Shown here in pieces: positions 7,501 to 16,838 of a stretch of DNA of 36,076 nucleotides. The stretch spans positions 1 through 36,076 of IMG/VR virus record IMGVR_UViG_3300032236_001771. One strand, written 5' to 3'. Position 1 is the first letter of the stretch, and every line of letters begins with the position of its first letter. A program made the position numbers and the translations under genes. The notes below the pieces were generated by a model. That model had not been told where the DNA came from. It did no database searches and worked only from the letters and a program-made list of their open reading frames with translations. The stretch is from a virus.

Positions 7501-10500
7501 TAACTGCATGGCAAAAAGGTGTACGTGATGGTATCTACTATTTAACTATTATTCGTGCAGATATTGATAATTTTATTGATGGCAATGCTGGAAGTTATTT
7601 TAATAATCAATTACAAATAACTAGAGGGGGAGCTGGTACTGGTGAAACTTATAATAGCTTAAGTTCATTATATGGAAGTTCAACTTATGGATATGGTGTT
7701 AATGCTGGTTTAAATTATAGGGTAACTTCTAACATAAATTACTTATATCCTTCCGTAATAGAAGATGTTACTACAGGTTTTGCACCTCTTGTGTGGAATC
7801 CTCCAATTACAGATTCTCGTGCTTTAGTTGAACCTGTTATTGGAACAGGAACTTCTGGATATAGAGTAAAAGATTTATCAGTGCCAAACAAAAGATATTA
7901 TAAATCGGTTGATAAAGTTATTAAAAATATTGTTTATAGAAATCCAGAAAATAAAGCAATTCCTATTACACAAATTTATTATGATAATACATCTGGATTA
8001 TTACGAGTTACTACAGGAGCTACAACAAATTTCCAAGCTGGAGATTATATTAATATATTTGGGACAACATCTGGAACAGTAGGCACCGCTAGAGTTGAGG
8101 GAGCAAGTTATATTAATTCTATTGGTTCTGGTACTACTTTTTATACTAATCCACAAGGAGGTATTGTTGGAACTGGAATTACAGTAAATGTTGGTTTAGG
8201 TAATACTGGATATGTTTATAATTATGCTGCAGATGTTTACGTAGATTCAGTAAATGGATTGTATGAAAGTGGATTTGTATTAATATCTAATAATTTTAAT
8301 ACAAATATTAACGGTACATATAGGAATTATAACATAAGCACCGGAACTACTTCATTTAGAATTGTTGCTCCATATGGTTCTGGAGTATCTGTTGCGCCAG
8401 CAAATCCTAATTATGGAGTAGTTTCTAGAACACCTTTTGCAGATATTCCATCTTTATATTCAATAACTGCAGAATCAGTTCAAAATTTGGCAGTAGCATT
8501 AAATCTTAAAAATGTGTATCAAGGTTATGATCCTAATTTAGGTTCATATAGTCAAAATTATTTACAAGTAAATGCCGATACTATAGATGTTGCTCCCCGT
8601 GTTTTTTGGGATGCAAGAAATAGTTATAATTCTATTGCATATCCATTTAATTATTATGGTAGAGTAAGATATGGTGATGGTAATGCTTTTAGTACTAATT
8701 CTGATAATACTTATGGTTTAAATTTAGCTGAAGCTGATAGAAAAATTTTATGTGTAAGTTCTGGTAGCACTTTTAATTTAAATGCAACAGCATCTGATTT
8801 AATTAATTATGCTCCTACAGTTCCATTGTATAGACCTTCTATTATTAGAGCATCTTCTCATACTTGGGAATATGTTGGTTTAGGTGCTGGTAATTATTCA
8901 ACGGGATTCCCTGTTGTACAAACTAGAGTATTAAAAGCATACGAACAATATATTGCTCAAGGATATGAAAACTCTGGAGGATTTATTGCTTCTTCGGGTA
9001 CAAATTCTTCTGGTGATTTTTATATTGGAAATCAAATTATTCAAGCTGGCGGACAATCAACAGTAACTCTTAATGTTCCAAAAATAAGAAAATCGTCTGA
9101 ATCAAATTATCTTGATGTTTCAAATATTGAAAATAGAATTTCCAACTCAGTACTTAATATAACATCATTTAATTTAAAAAATTCTTCCGCACAATCAACA
9201 TTAAAAGGATTATCCAATTTCTTTAATACTGCAAAATTAAGTGTATCTGATAAAGCAAATATCCAATCATTAACTGTTGCGGGAAATTTCACAATTTCCA
9301 ATAATGCAATTAGTAATGGTATTAATTTCCCGCAAGGTGATGTGTATGGGTATGGATTTGCAAAAGCAGCTAAACCAGAAAAAACTGGATATTTATCAAC
9401 AGATACTAATGATAAATTATATGTTTCTCCAAAATTTTTAGATGCTTGGAGAGTAAAACGACAACTTGTTTCTACATCAAATATACAATTAGATAACAAC
9501 AGAATTTATGTTCAATCACTTTCTAGCACTGTCCTTGATGGTTCTAATATTGATGGTACTTCAACAACATCAGCAATTGCAATTAGTACAGGTTCTTCTT
9601 ATATTAGGGTAAAAGAAAGCAATGGATTACCTTCTTATGGTTCTATTGATGTTGAAATGAATTTATATAATGTAGAATTTTATGATAAAGATTTAGCTGG
9701 ATATAAATTTAATCCAAAAATTTATATTACTTTACAATATGATTCAATAGATTATAGTAATAATACTTTACATTTAAGTCCATATCAAAACAAATACCCA
9801 TTAGCAACATATTTAACTGATATTATTGGTACTGGAAATACTTATTCAACTATTATTAAAGATGTTCCATCACCATTGGCAAATATCAATAATATGAGTG
9901 AAATTGATCCAAAGTATATTTATAGTAAATTAACACAAAATTTTGTTGCTCAAAATATATCTACTGGATCTACTTCAATTTATATTCCTACTAATGACTA
10001 TACAAAATTTCCAGACAGAGGAACTGTAATTTTACGTGAAGTTAATGGTACAATTACAAATCCATCATTAAAATATAGTACTTATGTTTATTATAAAGGA
10101 ACAAATTTAAATGAATTAAAACTTATTAGAAGATTGCCATCTTCAAGTAGTAATGATATCAATAGTATTTCAAATGTGGGAGCTACATTTAGTACTGGAT
10201 ATACTAATGCCACTGGTACTGGAACATCTAATAATGTATTTTTTGGTGGATGTACTACTAGTGTTTATGTGTCTGATAGATGGGCATATGAATCTCCATT
10301 TTTACCTTATGCTGAAAATGTTTCAGAAGATGTTGATTTAGAAAGTGCCACTTTATATAAATTACCTCAAAAAACAATTCCTTATACTGGATCAATAGAT
10401 TCTAATTATACAAATAATAAAGTACCAAACCCATATAATTCAAAAGCATTAGGAGTTAATTTACAAAATAGAAATGCAGTAAAAACATTCCAACCTTTAT

Positions 10501-13500
10501 CAAATTTAGAACAAGCTGCAAGTTGGGCAAATCAAAATTTTGGAGCCACTGATAGTATTGAATTATTAATTAAACCTGGATATTATAGAATTAATGGAGC
10601 AAACTTTGTACCTTCTGTTAAAATTAATGGTAGTGGCGTAAGTAGAACTGGTGGATATTCTGGAAAAGAAATTACATCTGTAAGTGCAGGAAATATTGGT
10701 GGATATTTAAATACTGATGTTAATAGACGAGATAGTGTTTATTTCTTTAGATCTCCAGTAATTGGAACTAATTATGGTTGGAGAAGTAATAATTTCTATT
10801 TGTATAGTGGTTCTTCATATACTTTTAAAAATGGATTTGATTTAAATAATATTCATTTTCTTGGTTTAAGTGAAGCCATATTAGAAAATGAAATTTTAGA
10901 TTCATCTTATTCTGATGATACTACTATAAATGCTGCAAGAAAATTAGTTAGAAGAGCTTATGGTGTTAAAAAAGCAACAAATTATCCAGTAATAGATACT
11001 GGTGTTTTTGGAGGATTAAGTTTTAATATTCAAACTGGAATTTCAATTGGTACTGGAACTACTTCCATTGGTAAAATGGAATATTATGTTAATGATTCAA
11101 CTGTTATTGATAATAGTGGAGCAGTAGTTTCTGCAGGAAATACCACATGTAGATATGTTAAATTTACATTACATTCCAGAGATTTTAATAATATTAGTGG
11201 ATCTCCAACACCAAAACAAAAATATATTTGGGCTAAAAATTATATTATTCCAGGAACAACTTTATATTTTTCTTCTGGAAATAGTGCTGTAACTGGAACT
11301 ACACCAAAAACAAAAATATTAGATGTTAATATTAAAAATCCAGACGTTACTGCTCCATCATTAACATCAAATGAAAGTATTGAGTTTTATTGTGCAGTAT
11401 ATAATAGCACAAATACAAAATCCAATAATATTGAAGATTTAGTTATTTCAGATTATATTGATGGAACAACTGCTACAATTGTTATTTTAAATGCAAATAA
11501 TGATGAGTTTAATTCTTTAGTTTATAATTACCTATCTCTTTATAGAAAAGGATATTTGGCTAAAGGTTTTGCTACTTCTGGAGGATTTAATGTTGCAAGT
11601 AAATTAGATAATTTTGGGAATACAATAACTCAATATGATACACCAAGAATTGTTGGAGTTATACCTGGATATTATGCAGGTACTATTCAATTAGTAATTG
11701 ATTCAAATCCAACTTCAGACAATATAGATCCGACTACGATATTGACTGCTTTTGCTCCAGATTATTGGAGTCATCAATCCATATTATTACCATATACATC
11801 TGATGCAACTGAAGATTTTTCAGTCAATTTAAATTATTTTCCAAATGGTCCTCTAAGTTATAATGTTTATTATGATCCAAGATATTACATTTTACAAATA
11901 ACACCATCTTATACAACTACAGGTGTTGAAAATGATGGAATTTCTTCTACAATATTAAATAAATTTGTAAATTTCACATCAACATCATTAGTTGATAATG
12001 GTGCTAATATTAAATCTAAAAATGATTATGTTGTTGCAGCTAAATCTAATTTAAATGCAGCAAATTGCCCATATAAACTTCCAGCATCATATAAAACATT
12101 AACCGGAACTATCACATACAATGCATCAACTCGTGTTGTAACTGGTACTGGAACTTCATTTATAACAGAAATTCAAATTGGTGACGCAATTTATTCTGGA
12201 GCAACTGGAAGTGGAGGATTAATTGGTATTGTATCATCAATTAATGCTGGTACAGGACTTAGCGTTGCTAATAATAGTTTAGCATATGGAACAAATCTTT
12301 CATCCACTGCTTTTAGTAAAGATATAAACAATACAGGAAAACCGGTATTTATAAATTATCCATATAATTATAGAAGATTACTTAAGAGATTTTCTGCGGT
12401 AACAGATCAAGCATTAGGTCTTATGGGAACTACTATGATTAATGCTCCTGGAGTAACAGGATCTAAAATTACAACTAATTTATCTAATGTAACATTAGGA
12501 GCACAATCTCCTAGTTCTTCTCTGTATTCATATTTTGGAGGAGGTTATGGTGGAGCTTTAATTAATCTTAGTGGATCTAATTTGACTTTAAATGGATTAA
12601 GAATAAGAGGAAATAATTATATAAATTATAATTCTTTATTTGCATTAGGAAATACAACTAGAGCAAAAAATAATTATCATTATGGAAATAATCCAGACTT
12701 GTTTCAATTTGAACAAACCAATACTATTGCAAGTATCGGACAATTTGGATCTGCTTCTATTTTACCATTAAGTAAATCTGATGAACAATATAAGTATTTA
12801 AGCGAATATCGTTCAAATTATTTAAATTATTTAGAACCAAAATATAATTTAAACAGTAATCCTGTTGATTATGATCAAAGAGTATTTCCCGTTTCTTGTT
12901 ATGCTTCAGTTAAAAGATTTGCTACTAATGGAAGTTTAAATACAAATCTTTCTATTACAGAAAAATATATTACCCCAAATACTATAACTGCTGCTAGTAG
13001 TACAAATGCAACAAATTCAGGTTGGGATTTAAAAATCAGTACTGGATCTAGCATAATTAATGGAGATGCTGATGGAAATTTGCTTCCACAGTATTCATTA
13101 TCTTTCCACTATACCGATTCAAGTATACTTGAAAATGTATTTACTGGTCAATATGCAACTAAAATTGTTAATCCAAATAATTTTAGTACTACTTATGCAA
13201 TTGTAACTGGAGTTATTCAAAATACAAATCCAATTGGCAGTGGAGTTACAAATACTGCTAGAATAACATATTCTGGTTCTATTCCAAATAATACTGATAT
13301 TAAATTTTTAACAACATATATTTCTTCTGAAAAATATAATTATGTTACTACAACAACTTCAAGATATCAAAAAAATGTTTTTAATGGTCAATCGCATTTA
13401 TATTTAAATACTGGATATGCTTTATCTGCTGATATAGTAATTAGTGGAACTGGAACCACATCATTTGCAAGACAATTGGTTGTATTTAATAATGCAACAA

Positions 13501-16475
13501 ATCCTTCTGCTCCACAATTTAAAGCTTATGTTGAAACAGATGCATTTGGTCAAATTACATCATTAGATCCAACAGATTTTGGAACAGGAACATTAAGTTC
13601 TGTTTTTGGTGATATTTTAGTTCCATCTATTGGAACTGGATTATCTGGATTTACTTTTACCGTCCAAAGAAATTTAAATGAAGACATAACAGTTTTCAAT
13701 CCTGGCGAATATATTGCTGCACCACCAGCAAATTGTTTTATACTTAACAACATTCCATCATTATCTCCTTTAGATATTAAACTTTCTTTACAACAAGTTA
13801 AAGAAATTATTAAACCGTATAATTATATTAATTATAATGGAATAAACTATAAAATTGCAAAAAATAGCACAAATAAATCTTATATTGGTGTTTATAAATA
13901 TGCAAATCCGAATAATTTAAATGACATTAGAGTTGCTATAGTAGTTAGATTAGATGATCCAATTCAAACTCCAACATATGGAGCAAATACTAGATTTGAT
14001 ATATTTAATGTGGATAATATTTTTGATTATTGGCCAAAATCAGGTAAGTTATTAATTTCAAATAATGAATTATGTGATTTCACTATAACTGGAAACAACT
14101 ATGATCAAAATGGATATTCTTTAAACTTGACTAGAAGTATGACAAAATACTTCCCTTCTTATATTAGAGATTGGCAAGGATTAGATCCAAGTTCTAATGT
14201 CATTACTACAAATCTTCTTACTAGCACTTCTTTTAAAATTACTCCACAAACAACTACAGAAAACTTTACTGCTTTAACATTTACGTTAAGCGATCCAATT
14301 GATGTTAGTTGTATGGGATTAAGAAGAGTATATGGTTCGCCTACTTCTACTGGCTTAGGAACAACTTCTTTAGGTACAGGAATTACTTGTTTAACTCCAA
14401 CTGGCAGATATACTAATACATTAAGAACTATTTCTATACCATCTTCTAATTTAACTGAAGATTTTGAAAAATATTCAACCGGCAACATAATCACTTTACC
14501 TTATAGAGACATTAGTGTTAATAATTGGAATTCCGCAGTATTTACTGTTGATTCTGGTTCAGGAACAGCAGGAACTCCATATTCTTCAAATAAAGCTGGA
14601 GATTTATTAATTACTGGTTCTATTACTACATCAACACCTCTTTCTTGGTCAGATCCAAATCAAAAATTCCATGTTGTTCCATCTAGTGCAACTAATTACG
14701 ATATTTACAATAATGTAAATGCAATTTCTCTTGTTGGATTTTCTAACTTTAGAACTTCAATTTCTGGTACTACATCAGCTCAATTAACTTTAACAAACGC
14801 ATTATTATCAACAATTTCTTCTGGAACTACTTTTATGTTAGTTCCCCAATTTAAAACTATTGAAGGAACAAATCCAGTAAAATTATTTAAATCTAGAATT
14901 ATTGATAGAATTAAAGATGTAACAAATAATGTAATTACTTTGATATTATCAGATCCTGCTCCAGATACATTTGTTGGCAATGAATCTAATGTAAGACATT
15001 ATGGATTTATTACTTTAAATGAAGCAAGTTGGACATATCCAAAAGTTGGTGGAAGTGCATTAAGACCAAATAATGCAAATCCAGGAACTACAGCAACAAA
15101 TATATATTTGCCAAATAATAGTGGTAATATAAAAGTAGGAGATCATATTACATATACTTATGATGGAGGATCTTGTTCTGCATATATTACTTCTATTGGA
15201 ACGCTTACAAATAATTATTGTTTATGTGAATTAAATGTAGTTAGTGGAACTCATATAATTTACAATGGTTATTCAACTATAAGTCTTTGGTCTTCTTTGT
15301 CGGATATAACTATCAAACATGTATCAAATGGATTTGTGAAAGATGGTCCAGCTTTTAATAAGATATTTACATCAACCACTGGATTTAATTTATCTTTTAA
15401 TTCTTATTCCGTTTGGTATGAGGCATATAGTAATTACATTTCTGCATATAACGGAATTACTGCAAGACAAGGATTTGTTGGTAATTTTGCAGTTAATCAA
15501 AATGACTCTAAAGCTTTGGGTCTTGATGTACAAAGTTTTAGTGGTGTAACATGGGGGGCTCAATACAATACTGGAATATGGACTGTTGCTACTCCATTTC
15601 TTCCATCTTGGGCATCAACTGCTTTATCTGTAAATACGATTGAACTTGATCAAAGAACAAATTATGATAACAATTTTATTGATAGTTATAACAAAAATCC
15701 AGCTTATACTTCTAGTGATCTTTCTGGAGGATATGCACCACTTAATCCATTAGTGCATACTGGATTAACAACAACAAATTTATATGCGTCATTAAATACT
15801 AGTAATGCTGATGCTGGTGGTATTGGTGCATACGATACTGTAAATTATAAATTCTACAGTTCACCTACTTTATCATTTGGTGTGTATGGAACTTCTTTAA
15901 CTGAAATAATGTCAACCAATAGTTATTCTAACTATAAACCAACATTAGATTTTAATTCTAATGCTAATAGTACATCAAAATCTATAACTCTTGGAGATAC
16001 TACTGTTACTGGATTCTATGCTGGTGATGTACTATATTCTTCATCTAAATCTTATATTGGTACAGTTGGAAGTGACGGAACAACTTTTGTAATTCCTGCT
16101 CAAGCTTCTTCTGGTGGAACTGTTTTATCAATTTCACCAAGATATGTTAAAGCAATAACTATTAATAGTTCTGTTGCTTCTGGTTCTGTTGGTCCAAATG
16201 TAATGGGAAATGCAAATCCAAATTATGATAATTATAATTTAAGTTTTAATTTAAATTCAAGAACTTATAATAGTTCTATCATGCTAAATACTACTGGACA
16301 ATTGGCTGCTACTACAACTACAGATAATGGATATCAATCAGTAAGCATTTTTTCTGGTGATTTAATGCAATATACTTCATCAATTTTAAATGTAGTAGCA
16401 TCTAAAATTAATCCAAAAGTTCATACATCAAAAACATTTACAGTTTCCACACCAGGATATTCTATTAACATATAA
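4536..16475 (+). CDS. Giant tail fibre/spike-like virion protein (3979 aa)
   Basis: Fibre-type N-terminal motif (GTSAVPSI...GVYSP...ISTAGYERFRIDENG). Cyanophage fibre core (LYVN..D.NATD...PFKTIERALLEA; FNP..GGVIVPRGTSIVGYDLRKT.IRP; SASPYIFN.SLRS.FG; SIIRASSHTWEY.G.GAGNYSTG). G/S/T/N-rich, beta-type composition. Confidence 0.8.
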   Translation: MSDINRIPLIFDSNANIIEEIPLGDTIKSDVIPQGIPLDGSVSTSKIANGVSITFGNGTSAVPSIRIGSGNSIVGVYSPAPGNFAISTAGYERFRIDENGNITVTNGGALPIMNPDYNNSKVNTLYVNQADQNATDDPTNDGGRLNKPFKTIERALLEAAKRSYKSDVTAARFEAFTIMVFPGEYVIDNRPGLVSLDGIETQNTWNTEALIEQNIYKFNPPTGGVIVPRGTSIVGYDLRKTVIRPKFVPNPQYPFGDSAYVEPYVVNVADYLETQRTTFQTSAYNYIKNLYPSITNISDICKRDIGYIVDAIVSDLRQGGNINSYSAGESYIFNSGLRFITGPDENTATLAAFNKVRDLMLTAIDAWNNINNINITLINNLKSRVSNELFAVLTGIISNPSTYTSLYTKIFETGNQTSIFKVTGGCYFWQMTFKDALMYNNAPVNTTPVYNFSSGVFTTDSNGNTVSAADQAAFSHHKVVCFSYANQTTGTGGELQTYYSKIDTFDTTIDGGGYREPRLEEYQIVGPGTSRTTIDTVNSASPYIFNSSLRSIFGLCGMNADGNKVDPTSFKSMVVAQFTGISLQRDPNAFWQPATVDGVPTNTTNPSNYPIYADPNAEYKVKYRHFHIKAQNAAYIQVVSVFAVGYADQFITINGGDMSITNSNSNFGQIALRAAGNRVSAFDTSTYGKITALIPPKGISNVPTYTEFYSIDAPTTWANNNQTGSTGNQFSQNNLNNFLNGITTFKIYLDIPNINTYNDIPELIVESTDYYTGVISRKRYLTYGANNNLNLFRDYYGFTGTYDKSIAIVNASIESTDGGTNIYSTHIKLIPETTEEQTTVNYNSERQGYFWDEKNKKVYIKVNASYSDSQSFLNNYIFKNTISSIFTTTQVTNPDGSISIVSGAQNVQLLDNFTGFPSSLTVGLIVDNRSSSPNDLLWRVEYRIPKDNLKDSNGNDVLAVKPPEKRFIIKGTVPGYTNRLFEIYDVQEVTAWQKGVRDGIYYLTIIRADIDNFIDGNAGSYFNNQLQITRGGAGTGETYNSLSSLYGSSTYGYGVNAGLNYRVTSNINYLYPSVIEDVTTGFAPLVWNPPITDSRALVEPVIGTGTSGYRVKDLSVPNKRYYKSVDKVIKNIVYRNPENKAIPITQIYYDNTSGLLRVTTGATTNFQAGDYINIFGTTSGTVGTARVEGASYINSIGSGTTFYTNPQGGIVGTGITVNVGLGNTGYVYNYAADVYVDSVNGLYESGFVLISNNFNTNINGTYRNYNISTGTTSFRIVAPYGSGVSVAPANPNYGVVSRTPFADIPSLYSITAESVQNLAVALNLKNVYQGYDPNLGSYSQNYLQVNADTIDVAPRVFWDARNSYNSIAYPFNYYGRVRYGDGNAFSTNSDNTYGLNLAEADRKILCVSSGSTFNLNATASDLINYAPTVPLYRPSIIRASSHTWEYVGLGAGNYSTGFPVVQTRVLKAYEQYIAQGYENSGGFIASSGTNSSGDFYIGNQIIQAGGQSTVTLNVPKIRKSSESNYLDVSNIENRISNSVLNITSFNLKNSSAQSTLKGLSNFFNTAKLSVSDKANIQSLTVAGNFTISNNAISNGINFPQGDVYGYGFAKAAKPEKTGYLSTDTNDKLYVSPKFLDAWRVKRQLVSTSNIQLDNNRIYVQSLSSTVLDGSNIDGTSTTSAIAISTGSSYIRVKESNGLPSYGSIDVEMNLYNVEFYDKDLAGYKFNPKIYITLQYDSIDYSNNTLHLSPYQNKYPLATYLTDIIGTGNTYSTIIKDVPSPLANINNMSEIDPKYIYSKLTQNFVAQNISTGSTSIYIPTNDYTKFPDRGTVILREVNGTITNPSLKYSTYVYYKGTNLNELKLIRRLPSSSSNDINSISNVGATFSTGYTNATGTGTSNNVFFGGCTTSVYVSDRWAYESPFLPYAENVSEDVDLESATLYKLPQKTIPYTGSIDSNYTNNKVPNPYNSKALGVNLQNRNAVKTFQPLSNLEQAASWANQNFGATDSIELLIKPGYYRINGANFVPSVKINGSGVSRTGGYSGKEITSVSAGNIGGYLNTDVNRRDSVYFFRSPVIGTNYGWRSNNFYLYSGSSYTFKNGFDLNNIHFLGLSEAILENEILDSSYSDDTTINAARKLVRRAYGVKKATNYPVIDTGVFGGLSFNIQTGISIGTGTTSIGKMEYYVNDSTVIDNSGAVVSAGNTTCRYVKFTLHSRDFNNISGSPTPKQKYIWAKNYIIPGTTLYFSSGNSAVTGTTPKTKILDVNIKNPDVTAPSLTSNESIEFYCAVYNSTNTKSNNIEDLVISDYIDGTTATIVILNANNDEFNSLVYNYLSLYRKGYLAKGFATSGGFNVASKLDNFGNTITQYDTPRIVGVIPGYYAGTIQLVIDSNPTSDNIDPTTILTAFAPDYWSHQSILLPYTSDATEDFSVNLNYFPNGPLSYNVYYDPRYYILQITPSYTTTGVENDGISSTILNKFVNFTSTSLVDNGANIKSKNDYVVAAKSNLNAANCPYKLPASYKTLTGTITYNASTRVVTGTGTSFITEIQIGDAIYSGATGSGGLIGIVSSINAGTGLSVANNSLAYGTNLSSTAFSKDINNTGKPVFINYPYNYRRLLKRFSAVTDQALGLMGTTMINAPGVTGSKITTNLSNVTLGAQSPSSSLYSYFGGGYGGALINLSGSNLTLNGLRIRGNNYINYNSLFALGNTTRAKNNYHYGNNPDLFQFEQTNTIASIGQFGSASILPLSKSDEQYKYLSEYRSNYLNYLEPKYNLNSNPVDYDQRVFPVSCYASVKRFATNGSLNTNLSITEKYITPNTITAASSTNATNSGWDLKISTGSSIINGDADGNLLPQYSLSFHYTDSSILENVFTGQYATKIVNPNNFSTTYAIVTGVIQNTNPIGSGVTNTARITYSGSIPNNTDIKFLTTYISSEKYNYVTTTTSRYQKNVFNGQSHLYLNTGYALSADIVISGTGTTSFARQLVVFNNATNPSAPQFKAYVETDAFGQITSLDPTDFGTGTLSSVFGDILVPSIGTGLSGFTFTVQRNLNEDITVFNPGEYIAAPPANCFILNNIPSLSPLDIKLSLQQVKEIIKPYNYINYNGINYKIAKNSTNKSYIGVYKYANPNNLNDIRVAIVVRLDDPIQTPTYGANTRFDIFNVDNIFDYWPKSGKLLISNNELCDFTITGNNYDQNGYSLNLTRSMTKYFPSYIRDWQGLDPSSNVITTNLLTSTSFKITPQTTTENFTALTFTLSDPIDVSCMGLRRVYGSPTSTGLGTTSLGTGITCLTPTGRYTNTLRTISIPSSNLTEDFEKYSTGNIITLPYRDISVNNWNSAVFTVDSGSGTAGTPYSSNKAGDLLITGSITTSTPLSWSDPNQKFHVVPSSATNYDIYNNVNAISLVGFSNFRTSISGTTSAQLTLTNALLSTISSGTTFMLVPQFKTIEGTNPVKLFKSRIIDRIKDVTNNVITLILSDPAPDTFVGNESNVRHYGFITLNEASWTYPKVGGSALRPNNANPGTTATNIYLPNNSGNIKVGDHITYTYDGGSCSAYITSIGTLTNNYCLCELNVVSGTHIIYNGYSTISLWSSLSDITIKHVSNGFVKDGPAFNKIFTSTTGFNLSFNSYSVWYEAYSNYISAYNGITARQGFVGNFAVNQNDSKALGLDVQSFSGVTWGAQYNTGIWTVATPFLPSWASTALSVNTIELDQRTNYDNNFIDSYNKNPAYTSSDLSGGYAPLNPLVHTGLTTTNLYASLNTSNADAGGIGAYDTVNYKFYSSPTLSFGVYGTSLTEIMSTNSYSNYKPTLDFNSNANSTSKSITLGDTTVTGFYAGDVLYSSSKSYIGTVGSDGTTFVIPAQASSGGTVLSISPRYVKAITINSSVASGSVGPNVMGNANPNYDNYNLSFNLNSRTYNSSIMLNTTGQLAATTTTDNGYQSVSIFSGDLMQYTSSILNVVASKINPKVHTSKTFTVSTPGYSINI

Positions 16476-16487
16476 TTTGGAGTTTTT

Positions 16488-16814
16488 ATGACGTATTTTT
16501 TAACGGATGAACAAGAAAAAGTTCTTGATATTTTTTTAAATGAACAAAATAGAGAAGTATGTGAAAAACAATTAAGTACTCTTGATTTGCCTGATAATAT
16601 TAAAGAAATAATGGAAAAATCATTAACTACTAATTGTCCATTACCTTTTTATGATACAAAATACGGATTTTATAGTGTTTCATTTACTCCATGTGATTAT
16701 GGAGTAAGAATTTATGCTCATCATCATATTACAGATGTTTCTAAAAAAATTTATGATCCATCTTTAGATGATCAAAAAAATACAGAAATTACTTTAAATA
16801 TTGAGAATAAATAA
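16488..16814 (+). CDS. Hypothetical protein (108 aa)
   Basis: GGAG upstream of the ATG; acidic helical N-half followed by YSVSFTPCDYGVRIYAHHHIT; fills the gap between the fibre gene and gp7. Confidence 0.8.
   Translation: MTYFLTDEQEKVLDIFLNEQNREVCEKQLSTLDLPDNIKEIMEKSLTTNCPLPFYDTKYGFYSVSFTPCDYGVRIYAHHHITDVSKKIYDPSLDDQKNTEITLNIENK
16806..16813 (+). promoter_or_regulatory. T4-type late promoter for gp7
   Basis: AATAAATA overlapping the upstream stop codon, 25 bp before ATG 16839. Confidence 0.55.
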
Positions 16815-16838
16815 TATAAAAATGAAAATTAAAGTTGA

